A DNA stretch of 64,000 bases from Parcubacteria group bacterium (GTDB lineage Bacteria > Patescibacteriota > Minisyncoccia > Phycocordibacterales > GCA-002724975), in NCBI GenBank assembly GCA_002724975.1, contig PBQF01000039.1:1152-65151 (forward strand), written 5' to 3'. Below the pieces are notes generated by a model. That model saw only the letters and a list, made by a program, of their open reading frames with translations. It searched no databases and was not told the DNA's origin. The position numbers and the translations under genes are program-made. Below, one piece after another: positions 1 through 10,071 of the stretch; the first letter of the stretch is position 1, and the number at the start of each line of letters is the position of its first letter.

Positions 1-836
1 TCAGCCAAACCAGGAGCCAGCTCTGGCTCTTTTTCAAAAACATCAATTGAGGCACCTTTTATCTTTCCAGATTTTAGTGCATCAACCAAAGCAAACTCAT
101 CTACAACTGGACCTCTGGAGGAATTAATTAAGTACGCACCTTTTTTCATCATAGCGAGGCGTTCTTTATTTATTAAATGTCTTGTTGATGGAAGAAGTGG
201 AACATGAATGGTCACGACATCTGCCTCTTTCAAAACTGCTTCTGGTGTATCATAAAATTTCGCACTTAAATCTTTTTCAAAATGTTCATTCTGTTTAATG
301 TCGTAGTAGATAATATTCATATCAAAACCCTTGTGAGCATGGTAACCAACACGATAACCAATTCGTCCCGCACCCAAAACCCCTAAGGTCTTCCCCTTCA
401 AATCAGTTCCTAAAAGTAATTCTGGTGCCCAGCCTTTGTATTTCCCTTCCCGCGTAAATTTATCTCCTTCGGTTACTCGCCTAGTAATAGAAAGCATTAA
501 AGCCATGGTGTGCTCAGCGACAGTGTTGGTCAAAACACCTGGTGTATTAGTAATTGTAACTCCTCTTTTCTTGGCTTCCTTTATGTCAATATTGTTATAG
601 CCAACTGCGTAATTGGCGAAAATTTTTGCACTCGGAGCTGCGTCAAAAATTTCCCCATTAATCTGATCTGTTAAAAGGCAAAGTACAGCGTCATACTCTT
701 TTTTCTTAAGCTCTGTTGTCAGCTCTTCTTTGGTAAGAACTCCGTCTTTGGCACTGACATCAACCTCGTGCCCTGCGTCTTGGAGCATTTTGATTCCAAC
801 TTCAGGGATTTTTCTTGTCACATAAACTTTTGACAT
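1..836 (-). CDS. D-isomer-specific 2-hydroxyacid dehydrogenase (glycerate dehydrogenase / hydroxypyruvate reductase-like), partial (C-terminus beyond window edge)
   Basis: Reverse-strand ORF begins ATG at 834-836 (MSKVYVTRKIPEVGIKMLQDAGHEVDV...) and runs off the left edge. Rossmann GxGxxG-like 'GVLGAGRIG' and the typical GyaR/2-HADH layout are present. Absent from the ORF track only because it is truncated. Confidence 0.8.
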   Translation of the reverse strand, partial: MSKVYVTRKIPEVGIKMLQDAGHEVDVSAKDGVLTKEELTTELKKKEYDAVLCLLTDQINGEIFDAAPSAKIFANYAVGYNNIDIKEAKKRGVTITNTPGVLTNTVAEHTMALMLSITRRVTEGDKFTREGKYKGWAPELLLGTDLKGKTLGVLGAGRIGYRVGYHAHKGFDMNIIYYDIKQNEHFEKDLSAKFYDTPEAVLKEADVVTIHVPLLPSTRHLINKERLAMMKKGAYLINSSRGPVVDEFALVDALKSGKIKGASIDVFEKEPELAPGLA

Positions 837-920
837 GAAATCATTATATCAAAAATAATTTCATAGAGTTTTCAAGGCTATTGATTTCCCTTAGCTTACT
901 GGTATAATCCCAGAGTAAAC

Positions 921-1139
921 ATGGCTCAAATATTGCCTATAATTCAGATAGCCCTTAGCGTCCTTTTGATTGCAGGGGTTCTCTTACAGCAGTCTGATGC
1001 TGGTCTTGGAAGCGCCTTTGGCGGAGGAGACGGTTCAGGACAGCACACTAGAAGAGGTATGGAAAAAAACATTTTCAATGCGACAATTATTATTGCTATT
1101 CTTTTTGCCGTTTCGGCATTTATCGCCCTTATAATATAG
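921..1139 (+). CDS. secG: preprotein translocase subunit SecG
   Basis: 72-aa two-TM protein with LLQQ...GLGSAFGGG...G motif characteristic of SecG. Confidence 0.75.
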   Translation: MAQILPIIQIALSVLLIAGVLLQQSDAGLGSAFGGGDGSGQHTRRGMEKNIFNATIIIAILFAVSAFIALII

Positions 1140-1245
1140 ATTGCCCAGCGTCATTTTCCTTTAATGGGAAAGTGCAGTCGGGCTTGTAATATAATCCACC
1201 TTGTTATACTCTTTACTTGTAAGGACTGGTCTCCAATAATCACAA

Positions 1246-3024
1246 ATGGAACTTCCCTGTACTCTTATTCAATCCGTGAACGACTTACGAAATAAACTTA
1301 AAAAGCGAATCAATATAAAATTTCTGGATAGACTTCAAGCTTCTATTCAGAATCTTAATTTCAAAGATAAAGTAACCTTTTACGCTTTCGCTGCCCTTTT
1401 AATTTTAAGTACTTTCCTCTTATTAATGGGAGCCAGTCGTGCCTTAACAGTTGAGATACCGAGAGAGGGTGGAAAAATTACCGAAGGAGTAATCGGCTCT
1501 CCTAGATTTATCAACCCCCTTCTGGCTATTTCGGACACCGACAGAGATTTAACCAGCTTAGTCTATTCAGGATTAATGAAGGCAACCGCTGAAGGGGCCT
1601 TGGTTAATAACTTAGCTGAGAGCGTTGAAATTTTAGATGGAGGCCTTAGATATATTTTTATAATAAAAGAGGATGCAGTATTCCATGATGGCGAATCGGT
1701 CGACGCTGATGATATTGTCTTCACAGTAGAAATGGCTAAAAACGATTTATTAAAGAGCCCCAGAAGAGCTTCATGGGAAGGAATCGACGTTGAGAAAATT
1801 GATAATAAGACCGTGATGTTTAGTCTAAATGAACCTTACTCACCATTTCTAGAAAATGCCACAATCGGCATATTACCATTCCATATCTGGGGTGAGTTAA
1901 AAGTAGAAGAAATAACATTCAGTGATTTTAATATTGAGCCAATTGGTTCTGGCCCATATGAAGTCAAAGATATTAAAAAGAATTCATCCGGCATTCCAGA
2001 ATCATATAAGCTCTCCGCCTTTGGTGAACATATTTTAGGAGAACCATTTATTCAGGAAATTGAATTGAAATTTTACGACAGCGAAGGAGAGCTGATAAGA
2101 GCCTTTAATAAGAGAAACGTGAATAATATCCATTCCATTTCTCCGGAATCAACAGCAAGCCTGAAAGGAAGGGGTACAACTATTATCACTTCTCCTCTCC
2201 CAAGAGTTTTTGGATTATTTTTCAACCAGAACCAAGCAACTGTCTTTACCAATATAGAAGCCCGTGCAGCACTCAATGCTGGTATTAATAAAGAAAGAAT
2301 CATTTCAGAAGTTTTAAACGAATTTGGAACATCGGTGGATGAGCCACTTCCCCCAGGAATCTCAATTAGAAGAAAAGTGAAAATAACAGAAGACAGTAAT
2401 TTGAATCCAACTGAAGAAGCAATAAATATATTAGAGAGAAATGGCTGGGCAAGAGGCAGTGACAATATTATGATTAAAAAAACGAAGAAAGAAGACTACA
2501 GATTAAGTTTTTCAATTTCAACTTCAAATGCACCAGAGTTGAAATCAGTCGCGAATATTCTAAAGGAAGAATGGGAGAAAATTGGAGCAGAAATTGAATT
2601 GAGATTTTTTGAAACCGGCCTTTTGAATCAAGAAGTTATAAGGCCAAGAGAATATGACTCACTTCTATTTGGAGAAATAGTCGGCAGAGATTTTGACCTC
2701 TTCGCTTTTTGGCACTCTTCACAACGAAACGACCCTGGTTTAAATATCGCCCTTTATACAAACATTACAGCTGATAGTTTGCTCGAAGGTATTAGAACAA
2801 CTTCAACTAGACGGGAGAAAGAAGATCTGTATATTGAATTTGAAAGAGAAATTGAAAACGATATTCCGGCAGTCTTTCTTTACTCGCCTGATTTTATATA
2901 TGCAACAAATAAAAAAATTAAAGGTCTTAGTGTTGGAATCGTTACAACCCCAGCAGAACGATTCTTACATGTGGATGAATGGTACTTAAAGACCGACAGA
3001 GTCTGGCCATTCTTCACAAATTAA
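1246..3024 (+). CDS. ABC transporter substrate-binding protein, family 5 (peptide/nickel type), N-terminal membrane anchor
   Basis: 592-aa ORF; N-terminal TM then SBP_bac_5-like fold (oligopeptide/dipeptide binding protein architecture). Confidence 0.65.
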   Translation: MELPCTLIQSVNDLRNKLKKRINIKFLDRLQASIQNLNFKDKVTFYAFAALLILSTFLLLMGASRALTVEIPREGGKITEGVIGSPRFINPLLAISDTDRDLTSLVYSGLMKATAEGALVNNLAESVEILDGGLRYIFIIKEDAVFHDGESVDADDIVFTVEMAKNDLLKSPRRASWEGIDVEKIDNKTVMFSLNEPYSPFLENATIGILPFHIWGELKVEEITFSDFNIEPIGSGPYEVKDIKKNSSGIPESYKLSAFGEHILGEPFIQEIELKFYDSEGELIRAFNKRNVNNIHSISPESTASLKGRGTTIITSPLPRVFGLFFNQNQATVFTNIEARAALNAGINKERIISEVLNEFGTSVDEPLPPGISIRRKVKITEDSNLNPTEEAINILERNGWARGSDNIMIKKTKKEDYRLSFSISTSNAPELKSVANILKEEWEKIGAEIELRFFETGLLNQEVIRPREYDSLLFGEIVGRDFDLFAFWHSSQRNDPGLNIALYTNITADSLLEGIRTTSTRREKEDLYIEFEREIENDIPAVFLYSPDFIYATNKKIKGLSVGIVTTPAERFLHVDEWYLKTDRVWPFFTN

Positions 3025-3039
3025 CAGTTAATTATTAAT

Positions 3040-4866
3040 TTGAAAGTGAACAAAAAACAAAAAGTGGCTAGACGGCCTTCTTCTCCAAAAGGCTTTAGTC
3101 AAAACAAAGGAAAGAGAAGTATGCGAATGAAAAGGGGTCCAAAAAAAATCCCAAGGGTTAATATTAATACCGAAAAATTACATAAAATTCCAGATTTGAA
3201 AAAAGGTGATGTAAGAATTATTACCCTTGGTGGAGTCGAGGAAATCGGCAAAAATATGACCGCTGTTGAGTACGGCAATGACATCGTTATTATTGATTCT
3301 GGTTTTCAATTCAAAGAAGAGGACACTCCGGGTATAGACTTCATTCTGCCCAACACAAAATATCTTGAAGAAAGAAAGCACAAAATTAAAGCACTCTTGA
3401 TTACACATGGACACCTTGATCATATTGGAGCAATCCCTTATGTCATGGACAAAATTGGTAATCCTCCGATTTATACCAGAGAGTTCGGCACAATGATGAT
3501 TATGAAAAGACAGGAGGAATTCCCTACTTCACCAGCTCTTAATATAAAAATAGTTAAGGGTAAAGAGAAAATTAAATTCAGTGACCTCTCTGTTAGCTTC
3601 TTCGAGGTCGACCACTCCATTCCAGACTCCATGGGGATTATTGTAGAGACTCCTTATGGAGATATTATTAATACCGGCGATTTAAAGATTGACCACCACG
3701 ACGGCATTCCAAGTAAGAGAGAGGTTGATAAATACAAGCTTTTCAAAAACAGAAAGGTCTTGATGATGACACTTGATTCGACAAATATTGAAAGACGAGG
3801 CTGGTCTTTGCCAGAAGATATTGTTATAGAAAACGTTAAAAAGATAATTAAAGACGCCAGAGGTCGGTTGATTATTGGAGTCTTCTCATCACATATCGAC
3901 AGAATTATCTCCTTCATAAATTATGCAGAAAAATTAAATAAAAAAGTCGTTATTGAAGGGTTTAGTATGAAAAACAACATTGAGATTGTTAAAAAACTGG
4001 GACTAATAAAGACAAATAATATTATCCCAGTCGCAACTATGGAAGATTACCCGCCAGATAAAATCTTAATCCTTTCAACCGGAGCCCAAGGTGAGCAGTT
4101 TGCGGGGCTAATGAGAATGGCCAATAAAACACACAAGCATATCAAACTTAATAAAAATGACACGGTCTTGATGTCTTCGTCAATTATCCCCGGAAACGAA
4201 AGAGCTATTACCAAACTGAAAGACAATCTTTACAGGCATGACCCAAAGGTTATTACTTATCTTGATGCAGAAGTCCATGCATCCGGACATGCTTACAGGG
4301 AAGAAATCACATGGGTTCACAAACAAGTTGATTACAAATTCTTCATGCCAGTTCACGGATATCACTATATGCTGAAAATGCATGCGGAGTTGTCGGAATC
4401 GCTTGGCACCAGACCCGAAAATATTGTTGTTCCTGACAATGGCTCAGTTATCGAAATCACAGATAAGGGCACAAAAATAAATATCAGAAAGGAAAAAGCG
4501 GCATCAAACACTATTATGGTGGACGGCTTTTCTGTCGGCGGTACTCAAGAGATGGTCATCCGAGATAGAAAACTTTTGGCAGAGGATGGGATTGTTTTAG
4601 TTGTAGCTTCAATCGATCCTCGAACTGGATCTCTCCGAAAATCACCCGATATTATTGCCAGAGGATTCGTTTATGTGAAAGAGTCGCAGGATTTATTGGC
4701 TCAAACCCGACTTATCATTAAGAAGAGTGTGGAATCAAACACTAAAGGCATGAACCCTATAAACTTTGATTATATCAAAGACGCCCTAACCAATGATGTT
4801 CGAAAATTTCTATTTCAGAAGACAGCTAAGTCCCCAATGGTAATTCCTGTTATAATAGGGGTCTAA
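3040..4866 (+). CDS. rnj: ribonuclease J (metallo-beta-lactamase / beta-CASP RNase)
   Basis: VRIITLGGVEEIGKNMTAVEYGNDIVIID N-terminus and HGHLDHIGAIP (HxHxDH) motif. About 600 aa with a Lys-rich N-terminal extension; the true start may lie somewhat downstream. Confidence 0.85.
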   Translation: MKVNKKQKVARRPSSPKGFSQNKGKRSMRMKRGPKKIPRVNINTEKLHKIPDLKKGDVRIITLGGVEEIGKNMTAVEYGNDIVIIDSGFQFKEEDTPGIDFILPNTKYLEERKHKIKALLITHGHLDHIGAIPYVMDKIGNPPIYTREFGTMMIMKRQEEFPTSPALNIKIVKGKEKIKFSDLSVSFFEVDHSIPDSMGIIVETPYGDIINTGDLKIDHHDGIPSKREVDKYKLFKNRKVLMMTLDSTNIERRGWSLPEDIVIENVKKIIKDARGRLIIGVFSSHIDRIISFINYAEKLNKKVVIEGFSMKNNIEIVKKLGLIKTNNIIPVATMEDYPPDKILILSTGAQGEQFAGLMRMANKTHKHIKLNKNDTVLMSSSIIPGNERAITKLKDNLYRHDPKVITYLDAEVHASGHAYREEITWVHKQVDYKFFMPVHGYHYMLKMHAELSESLGTRPENIVVPDNGSVIEITDKGTKINIRKEKAASNTIMVDGFSVGGTQEMVIRDRKLLAEDGIVLVVASIDPRTGSLRKSPDIIARGFVYVKESQDLLAQTRLIIKKSVESNTKGMNPINFDYIKDALTNDVRKFLFQKTAKSPMVIPVIIGV

Positions 4867-6014
4867 TGAAACAGAAAATTACCGCACTTTATTTGGTGGC
4901 ATTCTTTCTGAGTCTTCATATTGCCCTGCCGGCTTATGTCAACTCAACTTTCTTAAGTAATTTCGTGGCCGAGAGATTTATTGGAATCATCTACACCATT
5001 GGTTCAATTTTGACAATTATCATCTTCGCCTTTGTTCCGCAAATCCTAACAAGATTTGGTAATTTCAAAGTAGCCGTTACTATTCTTGGAATTGAAACAC
5101 TGGCAGTAGTTTCTCTGGCTATAACCCAAAATCCAATTTTTATCATTATCGCTTTCATTGGAAGCATTAGCTTAATTAGGGTTGCGGCTTTTAATTCAGA
5201 TGTCTTCTTGGAAAGTTTGTCTACCGATAGCAAAACTGGAGGCATCAGAGGATTCTTTTTCTCATCCTCAAATGTTGCCTGGGTTGCTTCCCCTGTTTTG
5301 GCTGGATTTATTTTGGGTGACGACAATTACACCAGACTCTATGCCCTGACTGCCTTAGCTGCAATTCCAGTCATAATTATCTTCTTTAAAAAATTCAGTA
5401 ACTTTAAGGATCCTGCTTACGACCATTTTCCGTTTTGGAAAACCCTCAAGATAATGATGAACCGTGACGGCATTAGAAAAATATTTTTGTCAAATATTAT
5501 GCTACGGTTTTTCTATTCTTGGATGGTTATTTATACGCCGATTTACCTGCACGAACATATTGGTTTTAGCTGGGGTGAAATCGGTTTAATTTTCTCCATC
5601 ATGCTTGTGCCTTTTGTGGTTTTGGGAATCCCTCTTGGCAAAATTGCTGACAAATATATCGGAGAAAAAGAACTTTTGAGCTTAGGCTTCGTTATTGTCG
5701 CAGTTTCGACAGCTTATCTTTCATTTGTTGATAGTTCAAACTTTTTAGTCTGGGCACTGGTTCTCTTGGTTACCAGAATCGGAGCAAGTATGGTTGATAT
5801 TATGAGTGAGACATACTTCTTTAAAAAAATAGATGGCAGTGATTCCAACTTACTTGGATTTTTCAGAATGACTGGACCAATCGCCTTTATAATAGGCCCT
5901 CTTCTTGCAACACTTGTTCTGCCTTTCGTTGGTATAAAATATCTGTTCTTAGTCTTGGGAATTTTAATGCTTTGGGGACTTCGATACTCATTAACCCTTA
6001 AGGATACCCTTTAA
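4866..6014 (+). CDS. MFS transporter
   Basis: 382-aa, about 12 predicted TM helices with MFS-like loop motifs. Confidence 0.7.
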   Translation: MKQKITALYLVAFFLSLHIALPAYVNSTFLSNFVAERFIGIIYTIGSILTIIIFAFVPQILTRFGNFKVAVTILGIETLAVVSLAITQNPIFIIIAFIGSISLIRVAAFNSDVFLESLSTDSKTGGIRGFFFSSSNVAWVASPVLAGFILGDDNYTRLYALTALAAIPVIIIFFKKFSNFKDPAYDHFPFWKTLKIMMNRDGIRKIFLSNIMLRFFYSWMVIYTPIYLHEHIGFSWGEIGLIFSIMLVPFVVLGIPLGKIADKYIGEKELLSLGFVIVAVSTAYLSFVDSSNFLVWALVLLVTRIGASMVDIMSETYFFKKIDGSDSNLLGFFRMTGPIAFIIGPLLATLVLPFVGIKYLFLVLGILMLWGLRYSLTLKDTL

Positions 6015-6127
6015 ATCACCCTTCAATAACGGCGAGAACATCAATAGCAACCAAAATTCCAGTATTATTTTTGCTTCCACTACTGCTGTATAACTCTTCA
6101 TGCATGAGTAGATTTTAACAACAAAAC

Positions 6128-6162
6128 ACCCCCTCCAAAAAGAAGGGGTGTTCGTAAAAACA
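6128..6162 (-). terminator. intrinsic terminator hairpin (ACACCCC...GGGGTGT) with T-tract on minus strand
   Basis: aacaccccctccaaaaagaaggggtgtt palindrome flanked by A/T runs, downstream of the 6173..6451 (-) ORF. Confidence 0.5.
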
Positions 6163-6172
6163 TTTCCTAAAA

Positions 6173-6451
6173 TTATCGGCTCTTTAGGTATACCAGCAAA
6201 GCAAAGACAAACGCTGCTATGTGGAACCATAGGTCTGAAGTCAGTCCTCCACTCCAATCTTCAATGATTATCAAGGCCGTACCCAAGGCATAAACTAAGG
6301 TAAAGTAGACATGGACGCTCTTGTGTCCTCCCCAGGCATACAAAAGCTGAATAAGCCATGCCACTGCCACCAAAGCTAAAGCTAAAGTCATCATAATCTT
6401 CTTAGCATTAATATTAAAAAACCTTAAGGAATTGAGCTCCGACAAGCTCAA
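6173..6451 (-). CDS. hypothetical small membrane protein
   Basis: 92-aa ORF with 2-3 hydrophobic helices; the start may be an internal Met. Confidence 0.35.
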   Translation of the reverse strand: MSLSELNSLRFFNINAKKIMMTLALALVAVAWLIQLLYAWGGHKSVHVYFTLVYALGTALIIIEDWSGGLTSDLWFHIAAFVFALLVYLKSR

Positions 6452-6532
6452 AACAAATAAATAAAAGGTTATTTAAATGATAGAACAAAATTAGACCACA
6501 ACTTAGAACACTTGTGGAAAAGTTTTTAAGGT

Positions 6533-6790
6533 TTAAACACCTAAAAGTTTGGCTAATTTGGGCTCATCGAAGCCAATAACAATATCTTGCTGCTCTCCTT
6601 CTGCACCATTACTGACTATGATTACTGGAACACCCATTTGACTAGTTTTTTCTATCATTTCTTTTCTTTTTTCCATATCAGTTGCCACATTGTAATCCGT
6701 AAATTCTATATTCTTTTCACCAAAATATTCTTTGGCTGCATGGCAGAAGTGACAGGCTGGTGTTGTGTAAATCTCCACTTTTTTAGACAT
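6533..6790 (-). CDS. glutaredoxin-like / thioredoxin-fold protein (CHFC active site)
   Basis: MSKKVEIYTTPACHFCHAAKEYF... classic Grx/NrdH-like CxxC N-terminus, 85 aa. Confidence 0.75.
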   Translation of the reverse strand: MSKKVEIYTTPACHFCHAAKEYFGEKNIEFTDYNVATDMEKRKEMIEKTSQMGVPVIIVSNGAEGEQQDIVIGFDEPKLAKLLGV

Positions 6791-6825
6791 ATTTTTTGTG
6801 TTTAATTAAAAAAATAATTTAAGTC

Positions 6826-7281
6826 TTAGGATTTTATCATTTCTCCATCATATGAATCAACCCCTTTTTTCAAAACATACATCCCTAATAAGAAAAGGAC
6901 AATGGAAGTCGCAGCAGAAACCATGCAATATACACAAAACTCTCCTATGACAAAAGCTTGAAGATAAATAAACCAAAAAGAAACAAGAAGCCCGATAGTC
7001 GTAAACTTCGCAACCTTTCTGATTAGAAGGGTGCTCCTGTTAATGTTATATAAGAGAGTTGCAAAAAATATAATTGCGTAGTAAATCAGTCCAAAGGCGG
7101 CTACTGGTATATTGAAAAGTTCCGAATATTCACTCTGGAGGACTATGTCACAATCTTGAATTAGAAAACATCCGGCTTCCCCTCCCTGTAGATGAGTAAG
7201 AGTTAAATAGCCAGCATTCAGCATGCCAATCAAAGAAAAAAGAAGTAAAGAATTTATAAGCCAATTTTTGGGTTTTTGCAT
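6826..7281 (-). CDS. vitamin K epoxide reductase (VKOR) family membrane protein
   Basis: 4-TM protein with a loop Cys pair (GCFLIQDC) and a TM CxxC (CVYC), located next to the thioredoxin-fold gene. Confidence 0.65.
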   Translation of the reverse strand: MQKPKNWLINSLLLFSLIGMLNAGYLTLTHLQGGEAGCFLIQDCDIVLQSEYSELFNIPVAAFGLIYYAIIFFATLLYNINRSTLLIRKVAKFTTIGLLVSFWFIYLQAFVIGEFCVYCMVSAATSIVLFLLGMYVLKKGVDSYDGEMIKS

Positions 7282-7373
7282 TATTTACTAGAGGTCTTTA
7301 TCATGCCCCAGAGCCACGGATTAATACATCGGCCAGAACTATAATTAATAATATATGTCATTATACCAAATTG

Positions 7374-7444
7374 CTGCCGGACAGGGACTCGAACCCCGAT
7401 TTTTTGGACCAGAACCAAACGTCCTACCATTAGACGATCCGGCA
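7374..7444 (-). tRNA. tRNA-Gln (anticodon CTG)
   Basis: Cloverleaf readable on the minus strand: acceptor TGCCGGA/TCCGGCA, D-arm GTCT-AATGGTA-GGAC, anticodon stem TTTGG/CCAAA with loop TTCTGGT, T-arm CGGGG-TTCGAGT-CCCTG. Confidence 0.8.
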
Positions 7445-7483
7445 TTCGTAATTAAGATAACTCAAATTTTTAGAATTTAAAAG

Positions 7484-8419
7484 CTAGATTTTCAAGTACC
7501 TTCTAACAGCTAGATAACTTGAACCGCCCCCGAGAACAATCCCAGCAACAAGCATTATTAGAAAAATATGACCAAAGTTGTTTAGATAGTAGTCAAAAAT
7601 ACTAATTCCCCCAAAAAAGGTTTCGGTTGAAGGACCGAGCCAAAGAGTTAATGGGTAAAAGAGAATAAGAGCAATGAAGGCAGAAATAACCCCAGATAGG
7701 GCGCCCTCTACCACAAACGGCCCTCTGACATATTTGTTTTCTGCCCCCACTAGTTTCATTACGGAAATCTCGTCCCTTGCTGTAAAAACCGTCAAGCGAA
7801 CCGTGTTAAACGTCATAGCTATGGAAATAAATATAAATAGGAATACTAGGGCTAAAGAGAGTGTTTCAATTGAATCTATAATACTATTAAGGTGGTCAAT
7901 TGCTACTTTGTTTTGGTAATAGTTAACCCTATCGATAATTGCATTCCCGTCTCCGGAAGCTAAAGCATTCTGTGAATCCAAAAATTTGGCAATGCCTTCA
8001 TATTGAGAAGTCTCTTTGGCTTTAATATTTAAATTCGCGCCCAGCGGATTTTCATTAAGTTCATCAAGAGCCTGTAAAATAAGCTGGTCATCCTCGTGCC
8101 TTTCCCTAAAAACTGCAAGTGCTTTCTCACGGTTTACATATTCAACAAGGCCAACCTCCGGTAAAGCTTCAACTTGAGTTTTCAAGTCCAAGATTTCTGA
8201 TTCAGGAGCAGTAGTTAAAAAATAGACATTGATATCAACTTTATCCTTTAATTGAGTTAATGAAGTATCAAACATTGCCCCCAGAAAAATCAGGGCACCA
8301 ATGATAAAAAGGGAGAGAGCCATAACCAAAGTTGAAGCCAGCGAAACAAAAGCATTTCGCCAAAAGCCAACAAAACCTGAACGAAGTATTCTCTTTAAGT
8401 CAGTCCACATCATAAACAT
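7484..8419 (-). CDS. ftsX: cell division ABC transporter permease FtsX
   Basis: 311 aa with the FtsX topology (N-terminal TM, large extracytoplasmic loop, 3 C-terminal TMs), immediately downstream of ftsE. Confidence 0.8.
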   Translation of the reverse strand: MFMMWTDLKRILRSGFVGFWRNAFVSLASTLVMALSLFIIGALIFLGAMFDTSLTQLKDKVDINVYFLTTAPESEILDLKTQVEALPEVGLVEYVNREKALAVFRERHEDDQLILQALDELNENPLGANLNIKAKETSQYEGIAKFLDSQNALASGDGNAIIDRVNYYQNKVAIDHLNSIIDSIETLSLALVFLFIFISIAMTFNTVRLTVFTARDEISVMKLVGAENKYVRGPFVVEGALSGVISAFIALILFYPLTLWLGPSTETFFGGISIFDYYLNNFGHIFLIMLVAGIVLGGGSSYLAVRRYLKI

Positions 8420-8425
8420 ATTCTA

Positions 8426-9106
8426 CTACAAAGTGTATTTACCAGATTTATCATCCCTAACAACCTTACCCATATCTAAAGTAATAACTCTCCTGCCGAG
8501 TGAATCAACCACACCTTTGTTGTGAGTCGTCAGAATAACGGTCGTGCCGAGGTCATTAATTTTCTTCAGAATCTGAACAATTTCTTGTGTGTTTATAGGG
8601 TCTAAATTCCCAGTTGGCTCGTCAGCAATAACAACCTCCGGCTGATTTATAATCGCCCTTGCAATAGCTAAACGCTGTTTTTCTCCACCAGAGAGTTCGT
8701 GAGGGAAATTCCATGCTTTCTCGGTTAAATCTACAAGCTCAAGAACGTGTGGCACATCAGATTCAATTTCTTCATCACTCTTGCCAGCGACTTCCATGGC
8801 AAAGGCAATATTTTCATAAGCAGTCTTATTTGGTAAAAGCCGAAAATCCTGAAAGACAGTGCCAATTTTTCTTCGATGGTCATTTAATTCATTTTTACTT
8901 AAAGAGCAAACATCTGCCGAACTATAAAAGACTGCTCCATCTGTCGGCCTCTCTTCAGCTAAAAGCATTTTTAAAAGGGTGCTTTTCCCTGCTCCAGAAG
9001 CACCAACAATCGAGACAAATTCCTTTGGTAAAACGGTAAAGCTCACCTTGTCTAAGGCTACAGAATCGTCAGAGTAAATCTTTGAAACATTATCAAAGTG
9101 AATCAT
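8426..9106 (-). CDS. ftsE: cell division ATP-binding protein FtsE
   Basis: GASGAGKST Walker A, LSGGEKQR ABC signature, 226 aa. Confidence 0.85.
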   Translation of the reverse strand: MIHFDNVSKIYSDDSVALDKVSFTVLPKEFVSIVGASGAGKSTLLKMLLAEERPTDGAVFYSSADVCSLSKNELNDHRRKIGTVFQDFRLLPNKTAYENIAFAMEVAGKSDEEIESDVPHVLELVDLTEKAWNFPHELSGGEKQRLAIARAIINQPEVVIADEPTGNLDPINTQEIVQILKKINDLGTTVILTTHNKGVVDSLGRRVITLDMGKVVRDDKSGKYTL

Positions 9107-9108
9107 TA

Positions 9109-9978
9109 TTAGAGATTTTTTTCTGCTTTAATAAATTCTTCCAACCCACCATCTAAAACACCCTCAACGTCCCTGACTTCCACTTCTGTTCTGTGGTCCT
9201 TAATCATTTTATATGGATGAAGAACATAGGAGCGAATCTGGTTTCCCCATTCAACCTCGGTAGTTTTTGAAACATAAAGTCCATGCTCTTTCTTCTTCTT
9301 ACGCTCTTCCTCAATATGATATATCTTCCCTTCAAGAATTTCCAGCGCTTTTTCCTTATTTTGCTCTTGACTTCTTTCACTTTCTACATGTACAGAAAGC
9401 TTAGTTGGTTTGTGCACAATTCTGACAGCCGTTTCTCTCTTATTTACATTTTGTCCCCCCGGCCCTGATGATCGGGCAAAAGAAATATCTAAATCATCCT
9501 CTGAAATGTCCATCTCCTTTACACTTTCGAATTTGGGAATCACTTCAACCATTGAAAATGAAGTGTGCCTCTGACTCTTGGCGTTAAACGGGGAAATTCT
9601 GACAAGCCGATGAACTCCTGATTCATTTTTTAGGGTTCCGTAGACATTCTTCCCTTGAATTTCAAATGTAAGATTCCTGTATCCTCCATGATTATTTTCG
9701 TTCCGGTGAAGAATATTAATAATCCAACCCTTGTCTTCTATATATTTCTGATACATTTTGAAAAGCATTGCCGAAAAATCTTCGGCATCGTCGCCGCCCG
9801 CTCCGGAGAAAATTGTCATGACTGCTCCCCCTTTGTCATATTTCCCAATACCTTCAAGCTGGTCCTTTAATTCCTGAAGTTCTTTTATTTTTGCCTGCGC
9901 CACATTTTTATCATTCCAGAAATCAGAAGATTGTATCTCTTTTTCCAGACTTTCAATTTTTGATTTTATATCATCCAT
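9109..9978 (-). CDS. prfB: peptide chain release factor 2 (N-terminally short form)
   Basis: SGPGGQNVNK GGQ motif and an RF2-type core. The ORF-track N-terminal extension (to 10113) runs through a tRNA gene, so the start is assigned to ATG at 9976-9978 (MDDIKSK...). Confidence 0.8.
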   Translation of the reverse strand: MDDIKSKIESLEKEIQSSDFWNDKNVAQAKIKELQELKDQLEGIGKYDKGGAVMTIFSGAGGDDAEDFSAMLFKMYQKYIEDKGWIINILHRNENNHGGYRNLTFEIQGKNVYGTLKNESGVHRLVRISPFNAKSQRHTSFSMVEVIPKFESVKEMDISEDDLDISFARSSGPGGQNVNKRETAVRIVHKPTKLSVHVESERSQEQNKEKALEILEGKIYHIEEERKKKKEHGLYVSKTTEVEWGNQIRSYVLHPYKMIKDHRTEVEVRDVEGVLDGGLEEFIKAEKNL

Positions 9979-9989
9979 AATGCTTGATG

Positions 9990-10062
9990 AGCCGAAGGCG
10001 AGGATTGAACTCGCGACCTCACCATTACGAGTGGTGCGCTCTACCAACTGAGCTACTTCGGC
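9990..10062 (-). tRNA. tRNA-Thr (anticodon CGT)
   Basis: GCCGAAGTAGCTCAGTTGGTAGAGCGCACCACTCGTAATGGTGAGGTCGCGAGTTCAATCCTCGCCTTCGGCT read on the minus strand; anticodon loop CTCGTAA. Confidence 0.85.
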
Positions 10063-10071
10063 TTTCAAGGG

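Noticed and set aside
2073-4383. Several 60-130-aa minus-strand ORFs inside the SBP and RNase J genes
   Set aside because: They are embedded antisense within long, well-supported + strand genes.
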